Assembly (NCBI GenBank): GCA_951406725.2
Contig: OX597823.1
Span: 103,974,001 to 104,038,000, forward strand
Source of the DNA: Octopus vulgaris
Taxonomy: Eukaryota
Direction of reading: 5' to 3'
Length of the DNA: 64,000 bases
Positions 26,784 to 40,050 of the stretch are shown here, in pieces (the stretch's first letter is position 1; every line of letters starts with the position of its first letter). A model generated the notes under the pieces. That model had not been told where the DNA came from. It did not search any database and saw nothing but the letters and a program-made list of their open reading frames with translations. Both the position numbers and the translations under genes were made by a program.

Positions 26784-27028
26784 TCAACCAAGTATACAAT
26801 CATTCCAGGCGGGAATATATGCGCTACGGAAACCTGGAGCCGGTCCTATGTGTCTATATGGATCTATCAGTTTTGCAGCAGAGTAGAGAGGATTGTGAAA
26901 AGAAGCTCCTTGCTTAATGACCTTATGCGTCGCCCAGTCCATGAACCGAACAGACGAATTTGTGATTCTGACCCCAAGGACGCGTGCTCCCGCGAAATAA
27001 TGCGCAGTGTATCGATCGTCAGAAAAGG
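26784..27028 (-). CDS. Candidate terminal coding exon of an unidentified minus-strand gene
   Basis: Unique, relatively GC-rich segment preceded by an acceptor-like ATTCTTTTAG and open for 81 codons: (A)FSDDRYTAHYFAGARVLGVRITNSSVRFMDWATHKVIKQGASFHNPLYSAAKLIDPYRHIGPAPGFRSAYIPAWNDCILG*. Family not recognised. Confidence 0.35.
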
Positions 27029-27187
27029 CTAAAAGAATCATATTGTTGCATGCAACGAACTTACGTTTATGCATACAAACACACACACACACACACTTTG
27101 AAACAAATATAAACACATACAGAAAATATAGAAACGCACAAAGTTAGATAGACAAATATATATATATACACACATACACACACACAC

Positions 27188-27292
<105 letters not shown>

Positions 27293-27463
27293 AACATGCA
27301 TACATACACACATACATACCTACATACATTCTTAAATACATATATACATGTATAGAGAGACAGACAGACAGGCAGATAGACCGACAGTCTGATAGACAGA
27401 TATGCAGGCAGGCAAACAGAGAGATAGACAGAGATGTAGATAGACAGAAAGTAAGATAGCGCC

Positions 27464-27495
<32 letters not shown>

Positions 27496-27959
27496 GAGGG
27501 AGAGAGAGCTTGGAATACATTAATCAATTAAACGATAAATCGATATAAAATATTGTTAACCGCAGGCACACTGAAATGCAAATAAGCAAACACACACACA
27601 CACGCATGCACACATACACAGGTACACATGTCACACGCACACACATGCACACAAATACATGAGAGGAGAATTAAGATTGACGACCAGAGTGGTAGATATA
27701 GTACATGTGACAAAAAGAGGACTTTGGGATACTGAGTGTGAGTGAGAGGGAGAGAGAGAGAGAGAAAAAGAGGGAGAGAGAGAAAGAGAGAGAGAGTGAA
27801 GGCGAGCTAGTTTGAGGCCTTCTTCTAACGAGTGGTATGTCAATAATACGAGTACATTTAAAGTGTTTCTGCTGTTTTATGTGTCCCTTAATGTCAAATT
27901 GATGTCTTTTAATAGTTGAATTCATCAATAACATGTCGTATGTGTGGTTTATATATAGT

Positions 27960-28003
<44 letters not shown>

Positions 28004-28179
28004 CGTGCGTGTGAGTATGTGTGTTATACTTGCCATATACACGACATATACTAACACATTTGTATAGATATGTGTATATATAAATACATACACACACACA
28101 GTTACAGATAAATAGATATACATATATACACACACATTCGCACATACGCACACACTTACACACACGCACACACACACAC

Positions 28180-28213
<34 letters not shown>

Positions 28214-29289
28214 ATGTATATATAGTTATAACGAAAATGACTTGTGAAAGAAAATCTGCACACACACACACACATACACACACATATATATACACATGTA
28301 ATCTTAGTTATTCCCAATCAAGTAATCAGGAACCCGCAGTTCAATAAACAAAATCATTTGACGCGGTTCTTACGTCGAATATAGACTCATTTATTCATTG
28401 TCATGACCTTAAAGCACGCGAACTGCTTCAACGTGTTCGGGGTCCTAAATCTCAGCAGATATCTTATATGATCACATTAAACCGTTTAAGAAACTGAAAG
28501 AACATACTGAAACGGCTTGCATGCCATAAGGTCAATATCATCAACAAGTGGATATGCGTATGGGTGTTTATGTCCCTGCTTGTTTGTGTGTATGTGTAGG
28601 TCTTTTTCTTTGGGGTGGGGTGATAAATTGGCAAATCAGATAAGACACTAGATTAACACCTGATCGTGAATGTGAATGTGATTGTATCCTCTGCATGTAT
28701 TTGAATATTGCTGTTAATTTCTCAAGTATTAATAGATCTTATCAAAATGGCTGTTGTATCCGAATCTGCTCATCCAGTTGTCCGTTCGCTAAGCAGCATT
28801 TCCAGATAACTGCTATCAATTGTATCCTATACAGTTACATTATTGTTGCTGATCATGATGTGGATAATGTTATCATCGTCTTCGTCGTTCTCGCTCTTGT
28901 TGCTGTGGTTTAGCCTTAGTTTCGCTCTGGTTGAAGTAAGAGCATCGTAGCTGAGACTATTCCACCATTTTTTCGGCCATGGTGTAACTAAGCCTGCATT
29001 ATTAAAGCCTTTGTTTTAAGACAGTTTCGTAGAAATTGAGGGAAATCTATTCCCTATTATTTGCCCTGTCAAGCGACGCTGTAAAAGATCTATTTTTGGA
29101 AACGTTTCCTTCTTCCATAATGGCAGACTGAACCCCTCTCTCTCGTTTGACAAACGAAAATGCTATCACAGATGAGCAGTTTCATGAAACATAATGGCGT
29201 AGATAAATGAAATTTTATGACATCAGAAATCTTTGTACTTTACTCTTATACGCAATTTAGACAACAATTTTTGGATATAATGGCACAGA

Positions 29290-29429
29290 CGTTACTGTGT
29301 AGTAATTACATAGTTCCGGGTTCAATCCCGCTGACTTCTTCTATAGCTTCGAGCCGACCAAGGCTTGTGAGTGGATTTGGTAGACGGAAACGGAAAGAGG
29401 TCCGTCGTGTATGTGTGTGTGTGTATGCT

Positions 29430-29482
<53 letters not shown>

Positions 29483-29625
29483 CTTTGTGTATGCAGTTGT
29501 CCCTCACATGTGTTGCTTTGTTTATGTCCCTACAACTTCGTGGTTCAGCAACAGAATCAGATACAATAAGGCTTGATTTGTTCGATTCAACCCTCCAAGG
29601 CGCTGCAGTTCAATGACAAGATGGA
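29290..29625 (+). mobile_element. SINE family B, diverged, with internal (TG)n
   Basis: GTTCCGGGTTCAATCCC...CTTGTGAGTGGATTTGGTAGACGGAAAC. Confidence 0.7.
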
Positions 29626-29937
29626 AGATAAACGATATTAGATTTTTTTTAAATGACAAGGCCAAACAATGCGAAAAGTCATTGCTCATATAATATGCGC
29701 TTTGTTTTGTTATAATAAGGGTCAGTCTGCTTCGTATAGACTTTTTTCTGTTACTTAGAGCTGGCCTCAAGTTGTTAATAAGGATGGCTTCCTTGATTAA
29801 AAAGTTACCTGTATTAAGTTCAGTGAACCTGAAGGATTCTGATAAATCTTGGGTATGGAATTTTTGGAGATATTTATGGATTGAAGTGTATTACATCTAT
29901 CTATGTATCTGTCTATCTATCTAACTATTTATCTGTG

Positions 29938-30004
<67 letters not shown>

Positions 30005-30035
30005 TTATCTATCTATCTAAATACACGCGCGCATA

Positions 30036-30069
<34 letters not shown>

Positions 30070-30130
30070 AAGACACACACACATATATATGTACAGACAG
30101 ATAGATAGTTAAATAGATAAATAGATAGAC

Positions 30131-30191
<61 letters not shown>

Positions 30192-33039
30192 CCAATCTTG
30201 AGAAATTAGGCTTCTCAAAACCAGAAAGGAGAAAGCTAATTCGAAGACTACAGATCTAATCCATCACTGGAACTGTAAAAATCTGTAAAACTTTCCAGAA
30301 GTTTATCATTTAAATATATATGAGCATGCCTAGATATGCAACTATATGCATGAGAATGCATACATAAAAGATACAAATCTGCATACACATACATACATGC
30401 ATGCATACATACACACATACATACATACATACATACATACATACATACATACATACATACATACATTCATACATACATACATACACATACATACATACAT
30501 ACATACATACATACATACATACATACATACATACATACATACATGCATACAAACAAAAATAGCGTTGTTGATGTTGAAATTCCAACCATGGATCTAGGTT
30601 AGAAACCGATTCTTTCTCTGTTGGCAAGAAATCTTAAAATAAACTGAATAATGACATACATATATACATATGTAGTGGACTTATGCATTTGAATATACTT
30701 AGGTATACAGAATTTTTCTATATTGTTTTTTATATAAATTGAATTTAGAATATATAAATAGAATTTACACCAAGGCGTTCAAAGGGAATTCTTTTTATCT
30801 TAAGAAACGTCATGTCATAAAGACTGATGTTGAATTCTCGCTTCCTACATTCGTAACAGTGCTGTTCATCAGTTTCCCTCCAGACATTGTATTCAATAAG
30901 AAATAAGAAGTAAGTTTGTTTTCTACTTTGATGTAATTTGCAGAAACTGTTGTAATTGAACGATGCCAACTGTCTCAGCCTACCATATTTCCATATTAGA
31001 AACAATTATCTTATTAATAATCGATCAAAATCACTGTTTGATTGATAAATGTAATAACATAATTTCTACTTCTGAACTAAATTCTTCTCAAACTAAGGTA
31101 AATTAGGCAATTGTCTTCCAATTAATCGATATTTAAAGTAAAAAAAAAAGTAACACATCGTAGAATGTTATTGGTCATACCATAATGGTATAAAAAATTC
31201 TCATTGCTTACATCACGTGTAATTGAATAACTCTTCTCCTGTATATTTCTGGTAATCAATTTATGAAACTTAATTCTTAACCACTCATAAATGTCTGCAT
31301 CCGCATAATACGATTCGATGAACTTTATACATCACCGTCCATTTTAATATCACAAGCTAGTCATTGGGTGTCCTTAGTGAAATCCACTTCCTTCAAAGTG
31401 ATTTGAGGATAACCCCCTTTCTGTCCCTCCCACCCATCTCAGAAAACATGCCAAAGACTGATGTTCCATATAACGAATTGGCCTAGAATTTTGATTTTCG
31501 CCTTACGTTTCCCTGCCAAGGCTTGTGTAAACACTTTTTTCATGCTACTTCTTTCTACCTAAAGAGAATTACGAAGATTGCATTGTTTACCTCAAGAGGG
31601 ATCATTGCCTTTAAACATGGTATGCTACCGAAAACGGTGTATTTGAATACATGTTTGCCACATACCCAACAATGGTATATATCAATTCCTCAACAGACAT
31701 TATATTCGTTTCAGTTAGAGAAAGATCACGTTTTTACAGCTATTAGGCATGGCGGCGTGGTTAAGAATCTCGCCTTGAAGTACGTGGTATCGGGATCATC
31801 CCCAGCTGTTGGGCACGTGTCGTCTCCTATGGTCACGGTCCAACCAATGCTTACAGGTGAAGGTGGAAGCTCATTGTGCATAAATACATACGTGTATGTG
31901 TAAAAGTGTGTATGTGTGTGTATTTCTATTTGTACGTCTCGCTCCCACCATATGACTACCGGTGTTGGTTTGTTTACGTCCCCATAACCTAGCAGTTCGG
32001 CAAAAGTGAATGATTGAATAATACCATATTCAATAGTTGTTAATTGTCTCTACCTGCCATATTTCTGTATCGGTAACATTATTTTTTATCGATGAATGAA
32101 GTAATAATATATAGTTTAGTGGCTTGTTAGTCTGAAATCTAATATTGATTCCTGACTTTGGTGCGATGCCATACATATGTGTAAGGAGAAATCTGTTAAA
32201 CGAATTTATCATACAAATTTACTAGTATGTATTTTATTGATCCAGATTTGAAAGGTGAAGTTAGACTTATTGGAAATTGAACCCAAAACGTATAGAAATA
32301 AGTATATCCCTCAATATATTTTGTCCGGATAATTTTAGTCTACGCATCTCAGATCATCTGGGCTATCAATAAATATGAACCAAATCTTTGGAGAAGAAGA
32401 TCAATAAGGCTGATCACACATTGATATATAATTTTGGTCACGAAAGTTCAAGTGACGTTATTTCATCAGGGCATAAAATACACATATTTATCGTTCTTTT
32501 TATTGATAATTTTCACCAAACTCAAGAAGAATTAATTTATTTTCTCTTTTTCAACTCCCTTACGTTCCCAATACAATATCAGCTATTAATTTGATCTACC
32601 AATAGCACAAACCAACATTCTGCTTTATGTATCAATTTAATGCGTGGTTTATCTAAAATGTAGGGTCCTGCTACTATGATCTGGTGATGTTTCTCCCGCT
32701 TACCTATAGTAGCAAGTACCAAATCATTGTTCAGTAATATTCAGAAACAGTTATAATTGACATAAAATATACTCTTTTGAACGCAATTTTCCGTTTGATG
32801 AAAAATGAAATGTAAATGTATGCAGATATCCCATGATAACAGCTTTCTGCTACAAATGTTTCTATGCAACCATAAATCGATGCTGTAATACGACTTTCTA
32901 CAGATCTGATATCCAATACATCATAGATAATTCCTTTTCGTTTTATTTTCAACCATTTATCTATCTATTTATCTTTCTAGCAATATATGTACATATGTGT
33001 GCGCATGTGTGTGTATGTATGTGTTTATGTATGTATAGA

Positions 33040-33088
<49 letters not shown>

Positions 33089-33126
33089 GTATGTATGTGT
33101 GTATATTCTATCAATCTGTCTCTCTG

Positions 33127-33197
<71 letters not shown>

Positions 33198-33508
33198 ATT
33201 CATCCGCTTCTATCAGTGTATGTATAGAAACATATTTTTAATTATTCTATCTCAGCGAACACTCGGCTTCGGTTAAATATGCCCTACCACCTTGTGAAGT
33301 AACGGTCTCTATGACCTTATAGGCGATAGGTTACTATCAATATGTTAGGGAAGGAAGGGAACAATGTCTATAATATTCTAAATGATGAGCTGTTATCAAT
33401 GAAATGGATGTAATGATGTTCATCGACTTTTTTTTTCTATTTTTATCGTGATCAGTGCAGCTGATGTTGAGTGTAAATGTCTAGATTAATTTTAGGAAGT
33501 TAAAAATA

Positions 33509-33566
<58 letters not shown>

Positions 33567-33572
33567 TGATGA

Positions 33573-33606
<34 letters not shown>

Positions 33607-33679
33607 GGTGGTGGTGGTGGTGGTGTTGATGGTGATGGTGATGGTGATGGTGATGGTGATGATGATGATGATGATGATG

Positions 33680-33736
<57 letters not shown>

Positions 33737-33737
<1 letters not shown>

Positions 33738-33955
33738 GCGGGATGGGCAATTCAACCTGAAGAAAATTCTAACTGGGCCCCACCTGCAAGGTCATGTGCT
33801 GTTTATCTTGATATGAGATCACCATGTCGCGCACATATGGTTGTGATGCATGTGCCTGGTGTACCTTTATCAGACGGGTAGTCATGATGGGTATATTGGG
33901 CTTCGTATATTTTACCCCAGTGTCACTTTGATGGCATGAACTGCTCTCTCACTCA
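33737..33955 (+). mobile_element. 3' end of an (AAT)n-associated retroelement (family X)
   Basis: Flanked by AAT repeats and ending CTGCTCTCTCACTC(AAT)n. A longer inverted copy lies at 46712-47180. Confidence 0.7.
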
Positions 33956-33971
33956 ATAATAATAATAATAA

Positions 33972-34182
33972 TATTCAGACAAATACATAACAAAAACACC
34001 AGGACTTACAAACACATATAACATACAGAAAATTGCACTACTAGGCACTGCACACATCCTACGCAGAACACTTTCCATACAATAACCATCAGAGCATCAC
34101 AACAAATCACAGCACATACCCAAGGCACACAGAGCTGCGCTCGGTAGTGAAGTGAAAGCACGCTATAAAAATAAAACTACTG
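33972..34182 (+). mobile_element. 3' end of an R4/Dong-type non-LTR retrotransposon in (AAT)n
   Basis: YSDKYITKTPGLTNTYNIQKIALLGTAHILRRTLSIQ* (stop 34083-34085) matches the R4/Dong C-terminal QK.ALLGTA.ILR motif. A ~100-nt UTR follows, with AAT repeats on both sides. Confidence 0.8.
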
Positions 34183-34203
34183 AATAATAATAATAATAAT
34201 TGA

Positions 34204-34420
34204 AGGCGTCGAGCTGGCAGAAACGTTAGCGCGCCGGGCGAAATGCTTCGCGGTATTTCGTCTGCGTTACGTTGTGAGTTCAAATTCCGCCGAGGTCGAC
34301 TTTGCCTTTCATCCTTTCGGGGTCGATAAATTAAGTACCAGTTACGCACTTGGGTCGATGTAATCGACTTAATACCTATGTCTGTCCTTGTTTGTCCCCT
34401 CTGTGTTTAGCCCCTTGTGG
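34204..34420 (+). mobile_element. SINE family A, near full length
   Basis: GGCGTCGAGCTGGCAGAAACGTTAGC...GAGTTCAAATTCC...GCCTTTCATCCTTTCGGGGTCGATAAATTAAGTACC...AGCCCCTTGTGGGC. Confidence 0.85.
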
Positions 34421-34484
34421 GCGGTGGTGATGGTGATGGTGATGGTGATGATGATGATGATGATGATGATGATGTTTCACTTGT

Positions 34485-34876
34485 CTCAGATGTTGGATTG
34501 CGGCCAGGCTGGGGCACGCCTTGAAGTGCTTTTAGTCGAAGAAAACGACTTCAGTATGCTTTTCTTTTTATGATACTTATTCTGTTTTATCGGCCACTTT
34601 ACGGGGACGTAAACAAACGAATACTGGTTCTCAAGTGGTGGGGGAACAGACACAAATACAATGACACACACATGCTCATCCACACAAACACACACACATC
34701 ACATACTCACACACTTATACGATTAGCTTCTTTCAGTTTTTGTCTACCAAATTCACTTGCAAGGCTTCGGTCGGCCCTGGATAGTAGAGAAAAATTTACC
34801 CAAGGTTCTATGCAATGGGATTGAACCCGAAACCATGTAGCTGGGAAGTAAACTTCTTACCACACGGCCATGCCTA
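34485..34876 (-). mobile_element. SINE family B, diverged
   Basis: Reverse complement of AGGCATGGCCGTGTGGTAAGAAGTTTACTTCCCAGC...GAATTTGGTAGACAAAAACTGAAAGAAGC. Confidence 0.75.
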
Positions 34877-34911
34877 CCAAAATATTAATGTGTGTGTATG
34901 TATACACACAC

Positions 34912-35135
34912 AGGCGCAATGGCCTAGTGGTTAGGGCAGCGGACTCGCGGTCGCAGGATCGCGGTTTCGATTCTCAGACCGGGCGTTGTGTGTGTTTATT
35001 GAGCGAAAACACCTAAAAGCTCTACGAGGCTCCGGCAGGGGGTGGTGATCCCTGCTGTACTCTTTCACCACAATGGCGGTGCCCCAGCATGGCCACAGCT
35101 CAAGAGCTGAAACTGGAAAAACAAAAACAAACAAA
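34912..35135 (+). mobile_element. tRNA-derived SINE family C head joined to a family-B-type tail
   Basis: GGCGCAATGGCCTAGTGGTTAGGGCAGCGGACTCGCGG...GGTTTCGATTC head; after ~35070 GGCGGTGCCCCAGCATGGCCACAGCTCAAGAGCTGAAAC. Confidence 0.8.
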
Positions 35136-35559
35136 TACGTATCGAAAGATTGTAGTTCTTTAGCGTCTGGTCAGCTGACTGAAAGCCAGAAATGCGCTCC
35201 GGGAATTCGCTAGAAAGAAGCAATGGGTACATATTGTGTTTCTACACATTTTATCATAAAAGAGAATTTTTTCCCCACAGTAACTGCAGTGAATTTTACT
35301 TTCGAAGTTAAATTATACCACAAACATATTTTAACTTGACCTAAAGTTCGGTTCTTCTTCACTGTATATCACACTATAGCGTTCATACTGCTATATATGT
35401 ATATATATATCAGTACGTAAATTTTGGGACTAACGGGTATATGTCAATTAGTGTATTGAGTAAAACACATTCAGAGTTTGGGCTACCTGGTTGTCATCCA
35501 CGGCTGGAATATATTTCCTTTGGATCTACGTCTGGAATTTCGGAGTGTTAGTTGAGATA

Positions 35560-35772
35560 ATAATAATTGATGAAGGAAACGGAAGATAGGTTTAGCATTA
35601 GTCTTTATTCAGCTTGTACCTGATGTGACACAAACTGCACAGATCGATGCAACACAATTAAATGCACAATTTCCTACGCATAATGGACAATTACAGGATG
35701 GGTCGAAACGATCGTAGTACTGAATAAAGACTAATGCTAAATCAATCTTCCGTTTCCTTCATTAATTATTAT
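35560..35772 (+). mobile_element. Inverted-repeat element (~53-bp arms) enclosing a hammerhead-like motif; probably Penelope-derived
   Basis: 35560-35612 pairs with 35720-35772 with few mismatches. Inside: GTAC-CTGATGT-GAC...GTC-GAAAC-GATC-GTA-GTAC. Confidence 0.65.
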
Positions 35773-36142
35773 GTGTGTGTATGTATGTGTGTATATACAC
35801 ATACATACATAAATACATACATACATACATACATACATACATACATACATACATACATACATACATACATACATACATACATACGTACATACATACGTAC
35901 ACACATACATACATAAATGCATACATACAGAGATGGAGAAAAAGAGGGAGAAATGGAATCATAAAATAAACAGATAGGTAGATGGATAGTGCGATGGACA
36001 GAAAAAAAGCAAGCAAGAAAGAAAGATAGATACAACGGGCGGGGGTGACAGAGAGAGAGAGGGAGAGAGAGAGAAACAGATAGAGAGAGAGAAAGAAAGA
36101 AAGAAAGAAAGAAAGGAGGAAAGAAAGGAAGGAAGGAAGGAA

Positions 36143-36204
<62 letters not shown>

Positions 36205-36485
36205 GAAATACAAAAGCACATGTTTGCGTGCATATTTATGTTGTTTTCTAAAACTAATGAATATAATCAAAGATAGAACTGGAAATATTCCAACAAATAA
36301 CCTGTTTGGAAAGAAAACACTATTTGTTAAGAAAAAAGTGAATATATTAGTAAGGTCCCTGCGTTGATATTGGCACGTATATGCATATTTTACTCATGGC
36401 TACGTATAAATACACACACACACACGCGCACACTCATTTCTTTCTATATATATGTATATACCTACAAACACACGTATACATGCAC

Positions 36486-36576
<91 letters not shown>

Positions 36577-36579
<3 letters not shown>

Positions 36580-36922
36580 CGCAGGAGTGGCTGTGTGGTA
36601 AGTAGCTTGCTTACCAACCTCATGATTCCGGGTTCAGTCCCACTGCGTGGGATTTGGTTGACGGAAACTGAAAGAAGCCTGTCGTATATATATATATATG
36701 TGTGTGTGTGTATATGTTTGTGTCTGTGTTTGTCCCCCAACATCGCTTGACAACCAATGCTGGTGTGTTTACGTCCCTGTCACTTAGTGGTTCGGCAAAA
36801 GAGACCGATAGAATAAGTTCTAGGCTTCCAAAGAATAAGTCCTGGGGTCGATTTGTTCGACAAAAGGCGGTGCTCCAGCATGGCCGCAGTCAAATGACTG
36901 AAACAAGTAAAAGAGTACAAGA

Positions 36923-36923
<1 letters not shown>
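36577..36923 (+). mobile_element. SINE family B (internal deletion)
   Basis: Same head and tail as 13098-13468. Confidence 0.85.
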
Positions 36924-36994
<71 letters not shown>

Positions 36995-36995
36995 T

Positions 36996-37376
36996 AGGCG
37001 CAGGCGTGGCTGTATGGTAAGAAGCTTGCATGGTTCCGGGTTCAGTTCCACTGCATGGTACCTTGGGCAAGTGTCTTCTACTACAGCCTCAAGCCGACCA
37101 AAGCCTTGTGAGTGGATCTGACAGAAGCCCGTCGTACATATACAAATGTGTGTGTGTGTGTGTATAGATTTATGTGTCTGTGTTTGTCCCTCCACCATCA
37201 CTTGACAACAGATATTGGCGTATCTACGTCCTCGTATCTAGCGATCCAGCAAGAGATAACGATAGAATAAGTACTAGGCTTACAAACTATAGTCCTGGGG
37301 TCGATTTGTTCGACTAAAGGTGATGCTCCAGCATGGCCGCAGTCAAATGATTGAAGCAAATAAAAGAATAGAAGAA
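36996..37376 (+). mobile_element. SINE family B, tandem to the previous copy across a (TA)n spacer
   Basis: AGGCGCAGGCGTGGCTGTATGGTAAG...CAGCATGGCCGCAGTCAAATGATTGAAG. Confidence 0.85.
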
Positions 37377-37786
37377 TATATATATGTATAAAATTATATT
37401 AGTCAGAGGACACATTGAAGTGTATACCCACTAGAAATAAGAGTTAAAACCCTCATCTGGACCACCAAAAATTACACTGATAATAACAGATGCAACAGTA
37501 AAATGCCGAAAAAAGATCTCTCACATGCCATTGTAGCATAAAGCTATATATTTAAGAGAACAGGTATATATGTGCACCGGTTTCTGGTCTAATACAGAGT
37601 TTTTCGCTTTTAGAAACATCCTTTCAGACCGTCACGTTAAAATCTGCTGGCATCCTTAATTGCTTAGCGCCAAAATGTGGATAGCCACAGTGTGAACATA
37701 CTAAGTAGCAGCAAAAATATTCAGAATTGAATATTCATATAGATGTCAGTATTGTTGTTATTATCGAAGTCATTATATGTTCCTTA

Positions 37787-37871
<85 letters not shown>

Positions 37872-38175
37872 GAGTGAGAGAGAGAGAGTGAGAGGGAGTG
37901 TGTGTGTGTGTGCGTGTGTTGACCCATCAATATGTATACATTATACATGTACCTATATGTGTATTGGGAACATTTATGTGTATATCTATACTTGTTTATA
38001 TACCTGTATATTCGAAAAATTGTGTTCGCATTTGTTGGGGGATGTGTAAGTACATATAACTGCATGTTTGTGTTGATAAGCATGTATATGTGTGCATACG
38101 TATCCAGTTTTATGTTTGTGTGTGTGCGTGTGCGAGCGCACATGTGTGTGTGTGTCCATGTAAGTTATTTAAGTA

Positions 38176-38206
<31 letters not shown>

Positions 38207-38363
38207 TTTTTTGCTTGTCTTGTTCCTTGGTTTGTGTCTATGTTTTTCGTCTCTCTTGTGTTCGACGTCCTTTTGGTGTCCTGTACACATATATGCGTGT
38301 ATATGTACATGTAGAGGTAGGTACGTACATATATGTTTATATATATGCATATATTTTATTAAC

Positions 38364-38447
<84 letters not shown>

Positions 38448-38515
38448 AAATATGCGGATGGGTGTTTAAGTATTTATTTGTGTATGCACATATACCTATG
38501 CAAGTGTGTGAATGA

Positions 38516-38552
<37 letters not shown>

Positions 38553-38589
38553 TATATTCAGATAGTTAGATATACATACACACACACAC

Positions 38590-38680
<91 letters not shown>

Positions 38681-39169
38681 AAGAGAGAGTATAAGCCGGC
38701 AGTACATGTGGTATCACTTTAGAGCATGTAACTTATAGTTCAAACATAATTTTAGAGTAGTTGGAGTAAATATGGGATTAGGAAATAATGTGTAAAGTCT
38801 CTTACAGGTGTTTCTAGAAGATCTGTTCATATGTTACATAAGATCATTGAGTAAAGGTTTCGATATAAGCCAACTCTACCGTCTTCAGAGATTATCTTTA
38901 GTAAAGGGTAATAGTCGTTACCAGTTTTATCATCGAAAAATCAAAGGATAACCTTGTTAAAAAATTAATAGCGTCTATGAGTTCCATTGTCGAAGACAGA
39001 GTGGTGTATATTGGAAGGTCTGTGAAGAATACGGGAGAAAGCAAGGGAAAGGGAAAGTTGTAAATGCATGAGAGTAGATAGAGAACAACTGATAGAGTGA
39101 GGGCGTATATAACTTGGGAGTAAAAAGAATATATATATATCTGTATATATATATATGTGTGTGTGTGTG

Positions 39170-39281
<112 letters not shown>

Positions 39282-39290
39282 TATATATAC

Positions 39291-39548
39291 CTACTCGGTA
39301 GGTGCAAGAAGACTGCACATGGCGACAACATGATCGATGGTTTCATTTTGTTGTTTACATACGCGACATGTTGGGCTACTGCCGTTTTTAGATACGGTGG
39401 CCTGGTAGCTCCTTGTAGGTAGGCATTGATCTTGACCTGCTATAATAAACCCTTCTGTCTCTGATCTTAAGCCAGAAAATTTTAACCATTGATGGGTAAG
39501 GGGTGTGTCAAAATCGGCATTATTAGCTCTCTTTGGGGTATTTGCCAC
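39291..39548 (-). mobile_element. Internal fragment of an R4/Dong-type retrotransposon ORF (CCHC zinc finger region)
   Basis: QWLKFSGLRSETEGFIIAGQDQCLPTRSY...[25 protein letters not shown] matches the R4-clade ETEG...A.QDQ...TR.Y...CR.C....ET..H....C motif. Confidence 0.85.
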
Positions 39549-39570
39549 TGAGAGGTTTTTTCATATACAT

Positions 39571-39654
<84 letters not shown>

Positions 39655-39665
<11 letters not shown>

Positions 39666-40050
39666 TGAGAATGTGCGTCTGTCTGTGTGTTTCTCTAAAA
39701 TTTGAGAACTACACAACCAATTTCATTCAAATTTTACACATGCCTTACTTAGGGTCCGGGGAGTGTCATCGGCAAAAACAAGTTTTTAACTTTTTGCCGA
39801 GGGCGAGCCCACAGCAATATCATATCTTCTCCACTATGATTCCCTAAAACTTGAGAACTACACAACCATTTTTCATTCAAATTTTACACATGCCTTACTT
39901 AGGGTCTATGTAGTTTCATGGGCAAAAAAATGTTCAACTTCTTGCCTAGGGTGAGCCCATAGCTATATCATATCTTCTCCACTATTTCAGTATTACGTGT
40001 TAAAAGTGAAACAAAAACATTTCTCTATTTTATGTTAGATACTTTCACTT
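39655..40050 (+). mobile_element. Helitron-like 5' region with a ~148-bp tandem duplication
   Basis: TATATAAAACTGAGAATGTGCGTCTGTCTGTGTG start. The unit CTAAAA(T/C)TTGAGAACTACACAACC...CATATCTTCTCCACTAT occurs twice (~39695-39837 and ~39844-39986). Confidence 0.55.

Noticed and set aside
28370-28495. Minus-strand acceptor and donor pair
   Set aside because: Stops in all three frames; no support as a coding exon.
30745-31005. Non-repetitive 86-aa ORF
   Set aside because: No recognisable family and no clear acceptor site.
34912-34985. tRNA-like sequence with A and B boxes
   Set aside because: It is a SINE head repeated in the window, with no proper acceptor stem; not a tRNA gene.
38850-38892. 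Minus-strand CTGAAGA...GAAAC
   Set aside because: Stems I and III cannot be formed; at most a decayed pLTR.
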